A stretch of DNA of 64,000 nucleotides from Octopus sinensis. Its lineage: Eukaryota. The notes under the pieces were generated by a model. That model made no database searches, was not told where the DNA came from, and worked only from the letters and a program-made list of their open reading frames with translations. Location of the stretch: NCBI RefSeq assembly GCF_006345805.1, contig NC_042997.1:132804001-132868000 (forward strand). Direction: 5' to 3'. A program made the position numbers and the translations under genes. Positions 28,077 to 41,079 of the stretch are shown piece after piece; positions within the stretch are counted from its first letter, which is position 1, and each line of letters begins with the position of its first letter.

Positions 28077-28251
28077 ATATTTATGTATGTATGTATATAA
28101 TAAATAAAATAAAAAAATACACATTGTGTACAGGACATCACCAACGAGTGAAAAATACGTAAACACACGAGAGAAAAGTACAGGACAAAATACGAAAAGA
28201 TGGTAAATCCTCATCAATTGTCGACTGTTTATTACTCCTATATATATATGG

Positions 28252-28292
<41 letters not shown>

Positions 28293-28305
28293 GTGTGTGT
28301 GTGTG

Positions 28306-28336
<31 letters not shown>

Positions 28337-28402
28337 CATATATATATACATATATATGTATATATATGTATATATATATGTATATATATATGTATATATA
28401 TA

Positions 28403-28452
<50 letters not shown>

Positions 28453-28453
28453 C

Positions 28454-28484
<31 letters not shown>

Positions 28485-29934
28485 TACAAGAAAATTCACA
28501 AGCCAAGGTATAAATAATGGCCTTTACATAGAGTTACGTATACCTTTATTGTTGCCAATTCGAATTACAACTCTGTGTGTGTACATACCTATAAACATAT
28601 GTATACATACACACACATATATCTATCTGTTTATTTATCTATCCGTATATGTGTTGTGTGTGTGTGTGTGTGTGTGTGTATAAATTTCCGTATGCTATAA
28701 ACTACGTGAGTGCCAGACTTATGTATGAGTACATTAGAATGACACCCAGAGATAGCTTAGGGTTAAATGTGCATGTAGATAAAACGACGCATTACGTTGA
28801 AAAAAGTCGACTTTCATGGCATTTTATTTTTAATCATTAAGTATCATTTATCACTCTTCTTTGATTTTCTTAAAAAAAACAAAATTCTTATTTAAACGAA
28901 ACTATTTTTAATTGACATGCAGTGACTCTTATCGCTTCAAATCTGATACTGAACTGAAGATGACGCTATCTCGTTCCTGTGACATTCGTGTCACGCTGAC
29001 ACTGATATGCACCCGCAGTAACACCTGCACACAGAGCGACACACATACACACGCGTGCGTACACATACACACAAAGTATGTATGTATGTAAGTATATATG
29101 TATGTCTATCCAGCTATCTGCGTGTGTGTTTCCGTTAGTATTAACGACTGGTAAAAAAAATGTATTTGCTATAATGATAATGGTCGTTTTAAAATAATTT
29201 ATTGTCTGTGGATCTGGAGTTTTCCCCGACATATGACCAGTTCTTCGGATGGAATGGGCAAGGTAAATTAAAGTTTGCGACGTTTAAAGGTAGATGACAA
29301 TTTCACTGTAGTTATATAGCAAGCCGTCCTCTGGTTTCAGGATGTAAACAAGGATTTAGCCCAGAGTCAGAAAAAAGTGGCACAGAATTAAGAGGGAATG
29401 TGGAAAGATGGTGTAGGGATGGCAATGTTATATCTATTCTTAAAAATTAGAAATTCTACTTCTCAGCAAGGCAGTAATCATTATACGAAAGAATCGTATA
29501 TGGTGGGAAAATAAAACAGTGAACCATCACATGATATCGTGAAATATGCTGCTATGTAAGGAGTAGAAGGAGTGGAGTATTGAGAGCCATACTAAAATTC
29601 AAATCCAAATATGAAATATTGTTGCCCAATTTCATATTTACAGGTTTTAGTATTCACTTTTCATTACGTGTGTCTTTGTAAAGTAGTTTTTCTCCTATTT
29701 CCGAGTAGCACGTGCCAACTTTGACATCAAACGTTCAGTTTCAAAGGTAATTAATATCCCGTGAATTATATCATATCTTAAAGCGCCCATGGTGCAGATA
29801 AAGCAATTTCTGTAATTCAGATCTGCAGTAGATCCAACGTATAATCCTTTCTTCTATAGGAACAAAGCTTGATATTTTGTGGGGAAGTGGGTTTATTGAC
29901 TACATAGGCCCTATTTCATAACTTGAAACGTATT

Positions 29935-30060
29935 CCACCGACCCCGAAAGGATGAAAAGCAAAGTCGATCTCGGCGGAATTTGAACTCAGAATGTAAAGA
30001 CGGATGAAATGCCGCTAGACATTTTTCACGGAGTGCTAACGATCCTACCAGCTCGCCGCC
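29935..30060 (-). mobile_element. Family B SINE, 5' half
   Basis: ccccgaaaggatgaaaagcaaagtcga..ccagctcgcc. Confidence 0.8.
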
Positions 30061-31289
30061 ATCGTCCACTATATAATATAACGCAATGCCAAATGTATGA
30101 CGCGAATTTCGTATTGCATAGGCGCAGATACCAAAAGCAAGTACCAAGTACAAAATGTAAAGTACACAACTTCAAAAATGGTTTAAGATAAGAATAGAAA
30201 AATCCAGAAGCCATAATAGTGAAATTTGAGTGAAATACACAATTTCATGGCGAAGAATACAATAGAATATTACGCCATAATCTTCAAGTTGCAGAATACA
30301 ATATTCAAAACCCACAATATCACCCTGGATATCACCATATTCCATAGTGTCCTTATGATGCATAGTGTCCTCATGAGTAGGTAAGCTGGAGGTGTGGTGG
30401 CATCAGCATAACCGTGAACTTTCTGGAATCTCCCTACAGCGACTATTTGGACGTGGAGACGTGGGTTGTGTCGTATTTTTGGTCAACAACCCATGAAATT
30501 TTGGGATTATAAATTACTCTGAGCTTCAGAGGATTGGAATAAAATTTCCAATTATCAGATGCAACCAAGCGAGGATAAGGAGGTGTGAAATGGGAAAAAA
30601 GCTGCTCTTTCTCTCCCTCACGTGGTCATGGGTGTCTATTTGTGGCCTTCACAGTCAGTGAAGTATGTAGGAGATAAAATGTGGCACGTGTTAAGAATTT
30701 GGGATCATCAGAACTTTTAGAAAATTAGCGCGCGCGCACACACATACGCAGCACTTATACGATGCTGTGTGTACGTATAGGGGAAATAAGATGTGGGGAA
30801 TATGAGAAAAAGTGTACTCAATATTGTCTGTAAAGTTTATTAGAAAATAAGTCTTCACCTGAAAGAAAATGAGGCGTTAAGTTATAGTACTGTGCAGAAG
30901 TCCTCTTGTGGGCCTGGAGGCCTGGGGACTTGGATACGGCTATTCATTTAATCTGTGATAAACCGAGCCTCTCCCCAATTGCTTCAATCAATCAATCTTT
31001 CTTTTATTTCCAAACTTAAAAGTTATTGTATATTAAACTCACCTACTCCTCCGCTTCGCTGACACGCGCGCAAATAAACAGTCGTGAGAAGGCAATTGAA
31101 GAATGGGATAAAATGCTTACAGTGGTAGCTGGCCTTGTGAAGTCGGTAAGATGACTTGAGAATTGAGGTTAGTGTTGACTCTAGGGGATTTGAAATCAGA
31201 TACGTGATGCAGCGAAATGTAAAGTTACATTTCCTCAACGCCTTTACAACCAGACTAACGTTATACGGAATACACACATACTCACACAT

Positions 31290-31329
31290 TTTTTATGTAT
31301 GTATATATATATATATATGTATATATATG

Positions 31330-31380
<51 letters not shown>

Positions 31381-31424
31381 GTTATATAATAATATATATA
31401 TATATATATATATATAATTATATA

Positions 31425-31476
<52 letters not shown>

Positions 31477-31485
31477 TATATTATA

Positions 31486-31519
<34 letters not shown>

Positions 31520-31824
31520 GATATATGAGTTTAATATACATATAGATATGTATATATTGTATATGTTATATTATATGTACATATATTACATACATATATA
31601 TATATATGTACACATATATATGTACATATATATTATATATATATGTACATATATATATATGTGTACATATATATATAATTATATATATATATATGTATAT
31701 GTACATATATAATATATATATTTATGTATATGTGTACATATATATATATATATGCATAAATATATATGTATATGTACATATATATATATATATACATACA
31801 TACATACATACATACATACATACA

Positions 31825-31856
<32 letters not shown>

Positions 31857-31870
31857 CACGTACATATACA
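31290..31870 (+). repeat. Compound (TA)n/(CATA)n tract
   Basis: Direct reading of the sequence. Confidence 0.92.
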
Positions 31871-32019
31871 AACAAAAAACTGATATTTATTGGTAGGATG
31901 GAGAAGTGAAATCTAACAACCTAACGGAACTGCAGTACACACAGGCTTACACACACGCACATACACAACACGCACACACGCGCGTGTGTTTTGTGTGGGA
32001 GTGTGTGCATTTGTTTATA

Positions 32020-32150
32020 TGTGTGTATGTATGTCTTCTTTCTTTTCAGTTTTATTTCAAGATTTCTTGCCAACAGAGAAAAACCCGGTTTCTAACCTAG
32101 ATCCAAGGTTCCTTCATTGGAATTTCAGCATCAGTATGTATATATATATG
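32020..32150 (-). mobile_element. Isolated 3' end of the same RLE-type LINE family
   Basis: Homologous to the reverse complement of 63725-63830 (ggtttctaac..aagatttcttgccaa..gaaaa). Confidence 0.65.
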
Positions 32151-32651
32151 AATTTGCGCTCCAACGAATTTTTCCACAGTCTAGGCTTAAAAAAGTCCTC
32201 AATGTTGGTTCCTTGTCCTGTTTTTATTCTTTATGTGTACTGTATTTTTATTTGTATTGCTTTTAAGTCCTGTTCTTGTCACTTTTTAAAAACTTTTTTA
32301 CCCCTCTGCAAAACAATTTTATTTAACTCATTTTGCAGGAAGGACTGCTGCGACCGGATCGTGTTCTGCCCTTACCTTCGAAACACGCATTGAGTCGACC
32401 CAGGGGCAGCTGATGAAGGGGAATATTCCTTGTATTGTTTGTCTTGTATCCTGTTTTTTCGTTGTTAAAAAAGTCCGTTTTCTTGTTTGTTTTTATGTTT
32501 TCGTTTCTCGTTGTGTTCTACGTTTATTTGTGGTGTCCTGTACTCATATATATATGCATGTATATATACATATATATGTAGGTATGTACATATATGTATG
32601 TATGTATGCATATGTTTTATTTGTTAAATTGTTATTATATATATATCTATC

Positions 32652-35118
32652 TATATAAATAATAAATATTAGGGAATATATCCAAATTTACAGGGAAAAA
32701 AAATCAGATTTAGGATTAAATCCAATTTTATAGTAAAATATTATAAAATATTATTTGAGACAAAACCACTATTTTGCAAAACAAACAAGGAAAGACTTAA
32801 TCAATACATAAAATTTAATAAATAGTCAAAAAAACCGCCACTACAATCGTTTCTTGTCTTGATCGACAATCTTCAGGTGGACTTCCAATCTAAAAAATCA
32901 AAATTTTAAAATATAAAAATAATACTTTTAAATAATTAAAGTATAAATGAAAAAATATAAGTATATAATCCATATATAACCTATATATAATCCATATCGA
33001 AAATATAGACTAATTACCACGAATTCCCTAAAAAAAACCATGATAAAACAAAACTCTTAAAAACATATAACGATAAAATCTCCCTTTGCTAAACTCTATA
33101 ACAAACCTATATAGTAAACCCCCTAACCTAAACATTCACACACAAATACACACACGTAAACCACAAACTCACGACTTATACACATACCTATACTAACTTA
33201 TAAACCTCAATATACACCAAAACCCACTCCCTCCCCACACAGACAAATTAACACATACATCCCAAAACCTAAATAACAAACCCATATACACATTCACACA
33301 CAAAACACACACTCACACGCAAAACACTCACACACAAAAGATACATATACTCCCTCACATATACGCCTATACATACTCACTAAACTCGACATATACAACA
33401 ATACTTACACACCCACAAAAAACATTATATACATTTATGAGCTTTAACTCACCTTAGCATCTCTAACAAACAACTTGCAGTAACCCAATCCCATTCTCTA
33501 TGCCTACCTCACTACTACACTATTCCATTCACATTCCAAGCAACGCTAGTCCACCACCCGGTTATTCACGTGGCAAAACGAACACCACTCAAAAATTATG
33601 AATGAAACAATGTAAAAAAATAACCAACACCTAAAATATACAAAATACCACAAATTACCTAAAAAAAACCATGATAAACCAAAACTCATAAAAGCATATA
33701 ACGATAAAATCTCCCTTTGCTAAACCCTATAACAAACTTATATAGCAATCCCCCTAACCTAAACATTCACACACAAAAAACCCACACGTAAACCACAGAC
33801 CCAAGACTTATACACAAACCTATACTAACTTATAAACCTCAATATACACCAAAAACCACTCCCCCCACACAGACAAATTAACACATACATCCCAAATCCT
33901 AAATAACAAACCCAAATACACATTCACACACAAACACACACACACGCAAAACACACACACACAACAGATACATATGCTCCCTCACATATACGCATATACA
34001 TACTCACTAAAACTCGATATATACAACAATATTTACACCCACACTCATACAGATAAATAAATTAATTATACAATTAAAAACTCACAACCAATCTCATATA
34101 CATAAACACTCTTATGAAAACAACAATAAATACATCGTAATTAACCAGAATATCAAAAATAACATTATGACATAAGGATAAATCAAATACATACTTACAA
34201 TTCAGTTACAAATTATGAAGTGAAATTAGATTTTAGCCGTTAAAAAACCAAACAAAATTACGTTACCATGGAAATAACTAATGTAAAAAAAGAATACGCG
34301 CCATAGAAAGTAAACGTCATTCATAGTATGAATGGAGAAATATAATAAATGGAACTAAAAACTATTTCCACGTAGCAAACCAACGCTACTTAAAAAAATT
34401 TATTATGAATGGATTCTTTAAAAACTATCATGAAAAATCAATTATATACATTATGAGCTTTAGCTCACCCTAGCAACTCTAACAAACAACTTACAGTAAC
34501 CCATACTCAATGCCTACCTCATTACCACCCTAATCCATTCACAATTCCAAGCAACACTAGTCCACCACCGGTTACAATTCCCAACTCTACCCATTCATTC
34601 ACAATTTCAACGACGTTCCCTTCAACAACTCTACATATAAGCCTCAACATATACACCGGAGATACACTTACACATCCGTGCGGATGGGTGAGAGTATACA
34701 TTAAGTGTAGTGATGGGGTTCCCATTTCTAAACACATTTGTACCTGTGTGGTAGTCTCCATGTGTATATTCACGCACGGGTATAAATACAGGGGGTACAC
34801 GCTCACTTCATTTACGTGTACCCCTCACATGTACATATGCATACTATTTTGGCTCGATATATGCAACAATGTAATCGCGCCCGTATGTGTGAGCATTCAC
34901 TGGTTGTGCAATTCACCCATCTGGGTGTGATTGTGTGTAAACTTATCACTGTGGAGGTCGAGCTTGATACGTATATATTAGTGTGTATTAGGGGTTGTAC
35001 GTACTAATTATGTTCATGTGCTTCACGCACTTGCGTCCATGTATGGAAGAATATATTGGGATTACTATGTAGGTGTAAATAGGGTATGGGGGAGTTTTGT
35101 CATAGTATGGGTGTGGGT
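32652..35118 (-). repeat. Downstream direct repeat (pseudo-LTR copy 1) of the Penelope-like element
   Basis: Matches 38384-40845 base by base, roughly 98-99% by eye. Confidence 0.92.
32838..32880 (-). ncRNA. Minimal type I hammerhead ribozyme
   Basis: Minus strand reads CCAC-CUGAAGA-UUGUC-GAUCAA-GACAA-GAAAC-GAUU-GUA-GUGG. Core is canonical, helix I has 4 bp, helix II 5 bp, helix III is short, and the cleavage triplet is GUA. Confidence 0.85.
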
Positions 35119-35233
35119 TTCATTTGTGATGGTGGTTAGTTGGTGATTATTAGTATGTTCAGTATATTAGGGCTAGTATGTATATTCAAGTGTGTATAAT
35201 TGTATACATATAATTGGTGTGAATGGGATTACT

Positions 35234-35270
<37 letters not shown>

Positions 35271-35594
35271 GGGATGTATGTGTTTATTATCCATGTGGGG
35301 CTGGAGTGGCCGTTAGGTGCATATGCTGAGGCTCACATGCAAACCCAAGTACAACGAATGAAGTGGGCACTTATAATTGTTATGGGTGTGTACTTTATTA
35401 TAAAAGACAATACCCAAATAAAATCTGTCAATTCAACATACAAATAAAAAACAAAAAACAAAGGGATCTTAAACATTCACACATACATACAAAACTCAAT
35501 AAAAACACCACTAAATAACACCCAAAAACATATAAATATATCCTCAAAATACATATAACAAATGCAAAATAAAAATACATAATAAAATAAAAAT

Positions 35595-35627
<33 letters not shown>

Positions 35628-35818
35628 CTAATATAATTATTAAAGTTTTAACGTACCATAAACTGCTAAATTAATATACATTAAAAATAAACTAATTAAA
35701 ACAAAGAAATATCAATAAAGACTAACTATAATTAAATCCTAGACAACATAACCAAAAATATATATCATCTAAACTAATTTAAACTAAACTAAAATAACCT
35801 AAAAGGGGACTATTATTG

Positions 35819-38336
35819 CTATTTATCATGAAACTTATTATATAAGTAAAGTAACTTGTGTCTACATTTTATTTTGCGCTCCTCCCCAGTATTAAGTAAA
35901 TTATCATACTTATAAAATAAAATTTCTTTAAACTCATTAGAGCATAAATAACAACAATTAGCTCCTATATTATATGATTTAGTTTTACAAATTATTTCCC
36001 ATATTAAACTATAATTAATATTTAGTGATTTAAGACTCCAAATATACTTACTAAGTCCGGTTGAGTTGATTAAGTTTTTATTTTTAAAAGAATTCATATG
36101 TTGTGCAATTCTTAGTTTTATTTTTGAGGAAGTAGAACCTATATAAACCGCTTTTGTGTAATTATTATTCTTAAAGTTATTATCATGTAATGTAACTATA
36201 CATTTATACACTACATCGTTAATATCACAATTATTATTTAATATACAATTAGATTTATCTCTACATGTACAATTAATATAAGTCTTATCATTATTAATAT
36301 TATTATCAAATAATTTCTTTTTAAAAATTATTCAGTTTATATTTATTAAATGAAGAAATAATGTTACCAACATTATTAGTGGTAGAGTAACCAACTCCAA
36401 AATTATTAAAAGAGAAAATGTTTCTATATTTACGATTATCTCTAATAAATAGTTCTATAACATCTAAAATCTCTTTAATAATATTCGTTTTAACTTGATC
36501 TCCATAAGGAACTATTAACCAAATTTTATTCTTATTAACCTTATTATTATTATCATTATTATAAATATATTTATAATTCTTTATTTTATTAAAATTATTA
36601 TCAGAATTATATCTATGTACAGCATTTAAGGAATTATTAATATTATTAAATTTATCAATATAATTATTATAATAATTATTAAATTTATTTTTATTTATAT
36701 TATTCTTATTTATATTATTATTATTATATTTATTATTATTATTATTATTCTTATTTATATTTTTATCATTTTTATTATTTTTTTTATAATATCTATTATT
36801 TTTACCACTAAACGTAACAAAATTATAATTATTATTAGAAGTATCTCGAAAATTATCATTTAAATCATTATCGCTAATATTATAAAATTTAATATTCTTA
36901 TTATAACCTGCCCCTCTAAGGGCCTCATTATAATAATTAGCATGTTTATTAAAAATCTCTATATCATAAGAGAGTAATGAAATACGTTTACTTATATTAT
37001 TAATCAACGATTTTTTAATAGAAAATGGGTGATTACTATTAACATTTATATATCTAAGGTTCTCATTAAGTTTATGATATGGTTGTGTTTTACCTGTAAT
37101 AAGATTAAAATTAACATCTAAATAATTAACATTATAATTCTCCTATATATAGTAATACGTAAACCATATCTTTTAAGAAACTATATAGTTTTTTCTTATA
37201 TACTTCTAGATTCCTATTAGTACATTCTTTGTAACTAGTAGAAGATCGTCTCTATATAAACCACCCTCTATCTTAAGATTTTCTAATTGGAGTTCAGATA
37301 AAAGAAAAATACCTACTAAATCAGTAGCCTGTGCAGAATCTGGTGCTCCCATAGGTATATCAAAACAATCTCTAGTATCATTCCTAGCCCATAATTTATT
37401 TTTATATTAATTAGCGATTTCCTAGCCAATTTAATTACATTAACTTCTTCCCGTGACATGCCCACTTTATTCATTGCGAAAATAAGCGCTTTATTAAACA
37501 CAATTCATTAATAGAAGAATAATAATTATCTATATCTATTTGAATAAATTTATAACGATTTTTATCTTTAATATTATTAAACCATTTCAATGTATTATTA
37601 TTACTAAACCATAATTTTAAATAATTAAGTTTATTTAACTTATCAATATATTTATCTAAAATAAATTTACTTAATTTACCTAGGTCCGATTACATGGGCA
37701 AATTAATCTAACTTTAGGGTCTGAATAAAAATTATCTTTATGGTCTTTAAGAGTAATTCTGGGGTGCAAAGGTACATAAGGTTCAGTTTTATTATCCAAC
37801 TCATATTTTAACATTACTACTTTAGAGGCCTTATTAATATTATAAAGAATATCATCTGGAACAATTTTATATTTTTTATTATTTCTTTCCCTAATAGTTT
37901 ATCATATAATTTAACATCTAATTTATATAAGTTCCTTGTTTTATCAGATTGTACTATAATACTATCCATATTTCTCATATCTTTAATTTTAATTGCTAAA
38001 TTCCTTAAATATTCATTATTTCTATTTGGGTATTTATGGAATTCAATATTTTTTTTTTTTTTTTACCACCTTCCATATACTATCTTCAAGTAATTGTAAT
38101 TCTTTATTAAATGGAGGTTCCTTTCTAGATTTAAATTTAGAGGTATAATTATCATTCCTACTATCAATATCATTAAATAAATAAAAATTATAGTAAAAAG
38201 CTTTCCATTTAATTCTAGAAATAAAATCTTTAACATTATTAACAAGTTTCAAGATAAATTCCTTTCTAGAAGGAATAGGAATATCTTTCAAAGATGAATC
38301 CCAAAACAGCGGTTCTATCTTACCTGTAAAATCCAT
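35819..38336 (-). pseudogene. Penelope-type reverse transcriptase + GIY-YIG endonuclease ORF (about 840 aa if repaired), frameshifted
   Basis: Fragments in order: SSLKDIPIPS..FISRIKWKAF; SDKTRNLY; ITLKDHK; PMGAPDSAQ; GGLYRDD (YRDD at 37245-37256); SNHP; IWLIVPYG; CTCRDKSNCILNNNC; VVY..YIGST..HMNSF; CYLC..E; CRH. Multiple single-base frameshifts, the first at the T16 run 38049-38064. Confidence 0.92.
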
Positions 38337-38383
38337 AATTTGCGAAATTGAGGTATTACTCTCATATACAAAATTATCAATAT

Positions 38384-40845
38384 TATATAAAAATAATAAA
38401 TATTAGGGAATATATCCAAATTTACAGGGAAAAAAAATCAGATTTAGGATTAAATCCAATTTTATAGTAAAATATTAAAATATTATTTGAGACAAAACCA
38501 CTATTTTGCAAAACAAACAAGGAAAGACTTAATCAATACATAAAATTTAATAAATAGTCAAAAAAACCGCCACTACAATCGTTTCTTGTCTTGATCGACA
38601 ATCTTCAGGTGGACTTCCAATCTAAAAAATCAAAATTTAAAAATATAAAAATAATACTTTTAATAATTAAAGTATAAATGAAAAAATATAAGTATATAAT
38701 CCATATATAACCTATATATAATCCATATCGAAAATATAGACTAATTACCACGAATTCCCTAAAAAAAACCATGATAAAACAAAACTCTTAAAAACATATA
38801 ACGATAAAATCTCCCTTTGCTAAACTCTATAACAAACCTATAAAGTAAACCCCCTAACCTAAACATTCACACACAAATACACACACGTAAACCACAAACT
38901 CACGACTTATACACATACCTATACTAACTTATAAACCTCAATATACACCAAAACCCACTCCCTCCCCACACAGACAAATTAACACATACATCCCAAAACC
39001 TAAATAACAAACCCATATACACATTCACACACAAAAAACACACACTCACACGCAAAACACTCACACACAAAAGATACAAATACTCCCTCACATATACGCC
39101 TATACATACTCACTAAACTCGACATATACAACAATACTTACACACCCACAAAAAACATTATACATTTATGAGCTTTAACTCACCTTAGCATCTCTAACAA
39201 ACAACTTGCAGTAACCCAATCCCATTCTCTATGCCTACCTCACTACTACACTATTCCATTCACATTCCAAGCAACGCTAGTCCACCACCCGGTTATTCAC
39301 GTGGCAAAACGAACACCACTCAAAAATATGAATGAAACAATGTAAAAAAATAACCAACACCTAAAATATACAAAATACCACAATTACCTAAAAAAAACCA
39401 TGAAAACCAAAACTCATAAAAGCATATAACGATAAAATCTCCCTTTGCTAAACCCTATAACAAACTTATATAGCAATCCCCCTAACCTAAACATTCACAC
39501 ACAAAAAACCCACACGTAAACCACAGACCCAAGACTTATACACAAACCTATACTAACTTATAAACCTCAATATACACCAAAAACCACTCCCTCCCCACAC
39601 AGACAAATTAACACATACATCCCAAATCCTAAATAACAAACCAAATACACATTCACACACAAACACACACACACGCAAAAAACACACACACAACAGATAC
39701 ATATGCTCCCTCACATATACGCATATACATACTCACTAAAACTCGATATATACAACAATATTTACACCCACACTCATACAGATAAATAAATTAATTATAC
39801 AATTAAAAACTCACAACAATCTCATATACATAAACACTCTTATGAAAACAACAATAAATACATCGTAATTAACCAGAATATCAAAAATAACATTATGACA
39901 TAAGGATAAATCAAATACATACTTACAATTCAGTTACAAATTATGAAGTGAAATTAGATTTTTAGCCGTTAAAAAACCAAACAAAATTACGTTACCATGG
40001 AAATAACTAATGTAAAAAAAGAATACGCGCCATAGAAAGTAAACGTCATTCATAGTATGAATGGAGAAATATAATAAATGGAACTAAAAACTATTTCCAC
40101 GTAGCAAACCAACGCTACTTAAAAAAATTTATTATGAATGGATTCTTTAAAAACTATCATGAAAAATCAATTATATACATTATGAGCTTTAGCTCACCCT
40201 AGCAACTCTAACAACACAACTTACAGTAACCCATACTCAATGCCTACCTCATTACCACCCTAATCCATTCACAATTCCAAGCAACACTAGTCCACCACCG
40301 GTTACAATTCCCAACTCTACCCATTCATTCACAATTTCAACGACGTTACTTCAACAACTCTACATATAAGCCTCAACATATACACCGGAGATACACTTAC
40401 ACATCCGTGCGGATGGGTGAGAGTATACATTAAGTGTAGTGATGGGGTTCCCATTTTAAAACATTTGTACCTGTGTGGTAGTCTCCATGTGTATATTCAC
40501 GCACGGGTATAAATACAGGGGGTACACGCTCACTTCATTTACGTGTACCCCTCACATGTACATATGCATACTATTTTGGCTCGATATATGCAACAATGTA
40601 ATCGCGCCCGTATGTGTAAGCATTCACTGGTTGTGCAATTCACCCATCTGGGTGTGATTGTGTGTAAACTTATCACTGTGGAGGTCGAGCTTGATACGTA
40701 TATATTAGTGTGTATTAGGGGTTGTACGTACTAATTATGTTCATGTGCTTCACGCACTTGCGTCCATGTATGGAAGAATATATTGGGATTACTATGTAGG
40801 TGTAAATAGGGTATGGGGGAGTTTTGTCATAGTATGGGTGTGGGT
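38384..40845 (-). repeat. Upstream direct repeat (pseudo-LTR copy 2, 5'-truncated)
   Basis: Copy of 32652-35118; stops at ...gtatgggtgtgggt (40845), where the inverted segment begins. Confidence 0.92.
38570..38612 (-). ncRNA. Minimal type I hammerhead ribozyme (second copy)
   Basis: Identical to 32838-32880 at an offset of 5732 nt. Confidence 0.85.
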
Positions 40846-40849
40846 AAGT

Positions 40850-40892
40850 CCACCTGAAGATTGTCGATCAAGACAAGAAACGATTTGTAGTG
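40850..40892 (+). ncRNA. Hammerhead ribozyme, inverted third copy
   Basis: ccac-ctgaaga-ttgtc-gatcaa-gacaa-gaaac-gattt-gta-gtg; one extra T in loop III and one G missing from helix I. Confidence 0.65.
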
Positions 40893-41040
40893 CGGTTTTT
40901 TTGACTATTTATAAATTTTATGTATTGATTAAGTCTTTCCTTGTTTGTTTTGCAAAATAGTGGGTTTGTCTCAAATAATATTTTATATCTATCTATCTAT
41001 ATATATATATTTATATATTTTATTATTATATATATAATAT

Positions 41041-41069
<29 letters not shown>

Positions 41070-41079
<10 letters not shown>

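Larger units (their letters stand above)
32652..40986 (-). mobile_element. Penelope-like retroelement, near full length, with direct pseudo-LTR repeats and a 5' terminal inversion
   Basis: RT and GIY-YIG coding region at 38336-35819. Direct repeats at about 32652-35118 and 38384-40845 differ mostly by homopolymer indels. An inverted copy of about 140 bp of the repeat lies at 40846-40986. Each repeat carries a hammerhead motif. Confidence 0.93.

Noticed and set aside
29190-29263. Peptide VDLEFSPTYDQFFGWNGQ ending at aag|gtaaat
   Set aside because: There is an in-frame stop just upstream and no good acceptor.
30200-30560. Possible mariner C-terminal relic
   Set aside because: Similarity is too faint and no TIR is visible.
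32360-32425. gaaac..gtc..ctgatga, suggesting a type II hammerhead (related piece near 28140-28240)
   Set aside because: Helix I and helix III do not pair, so only isolated core words are present.
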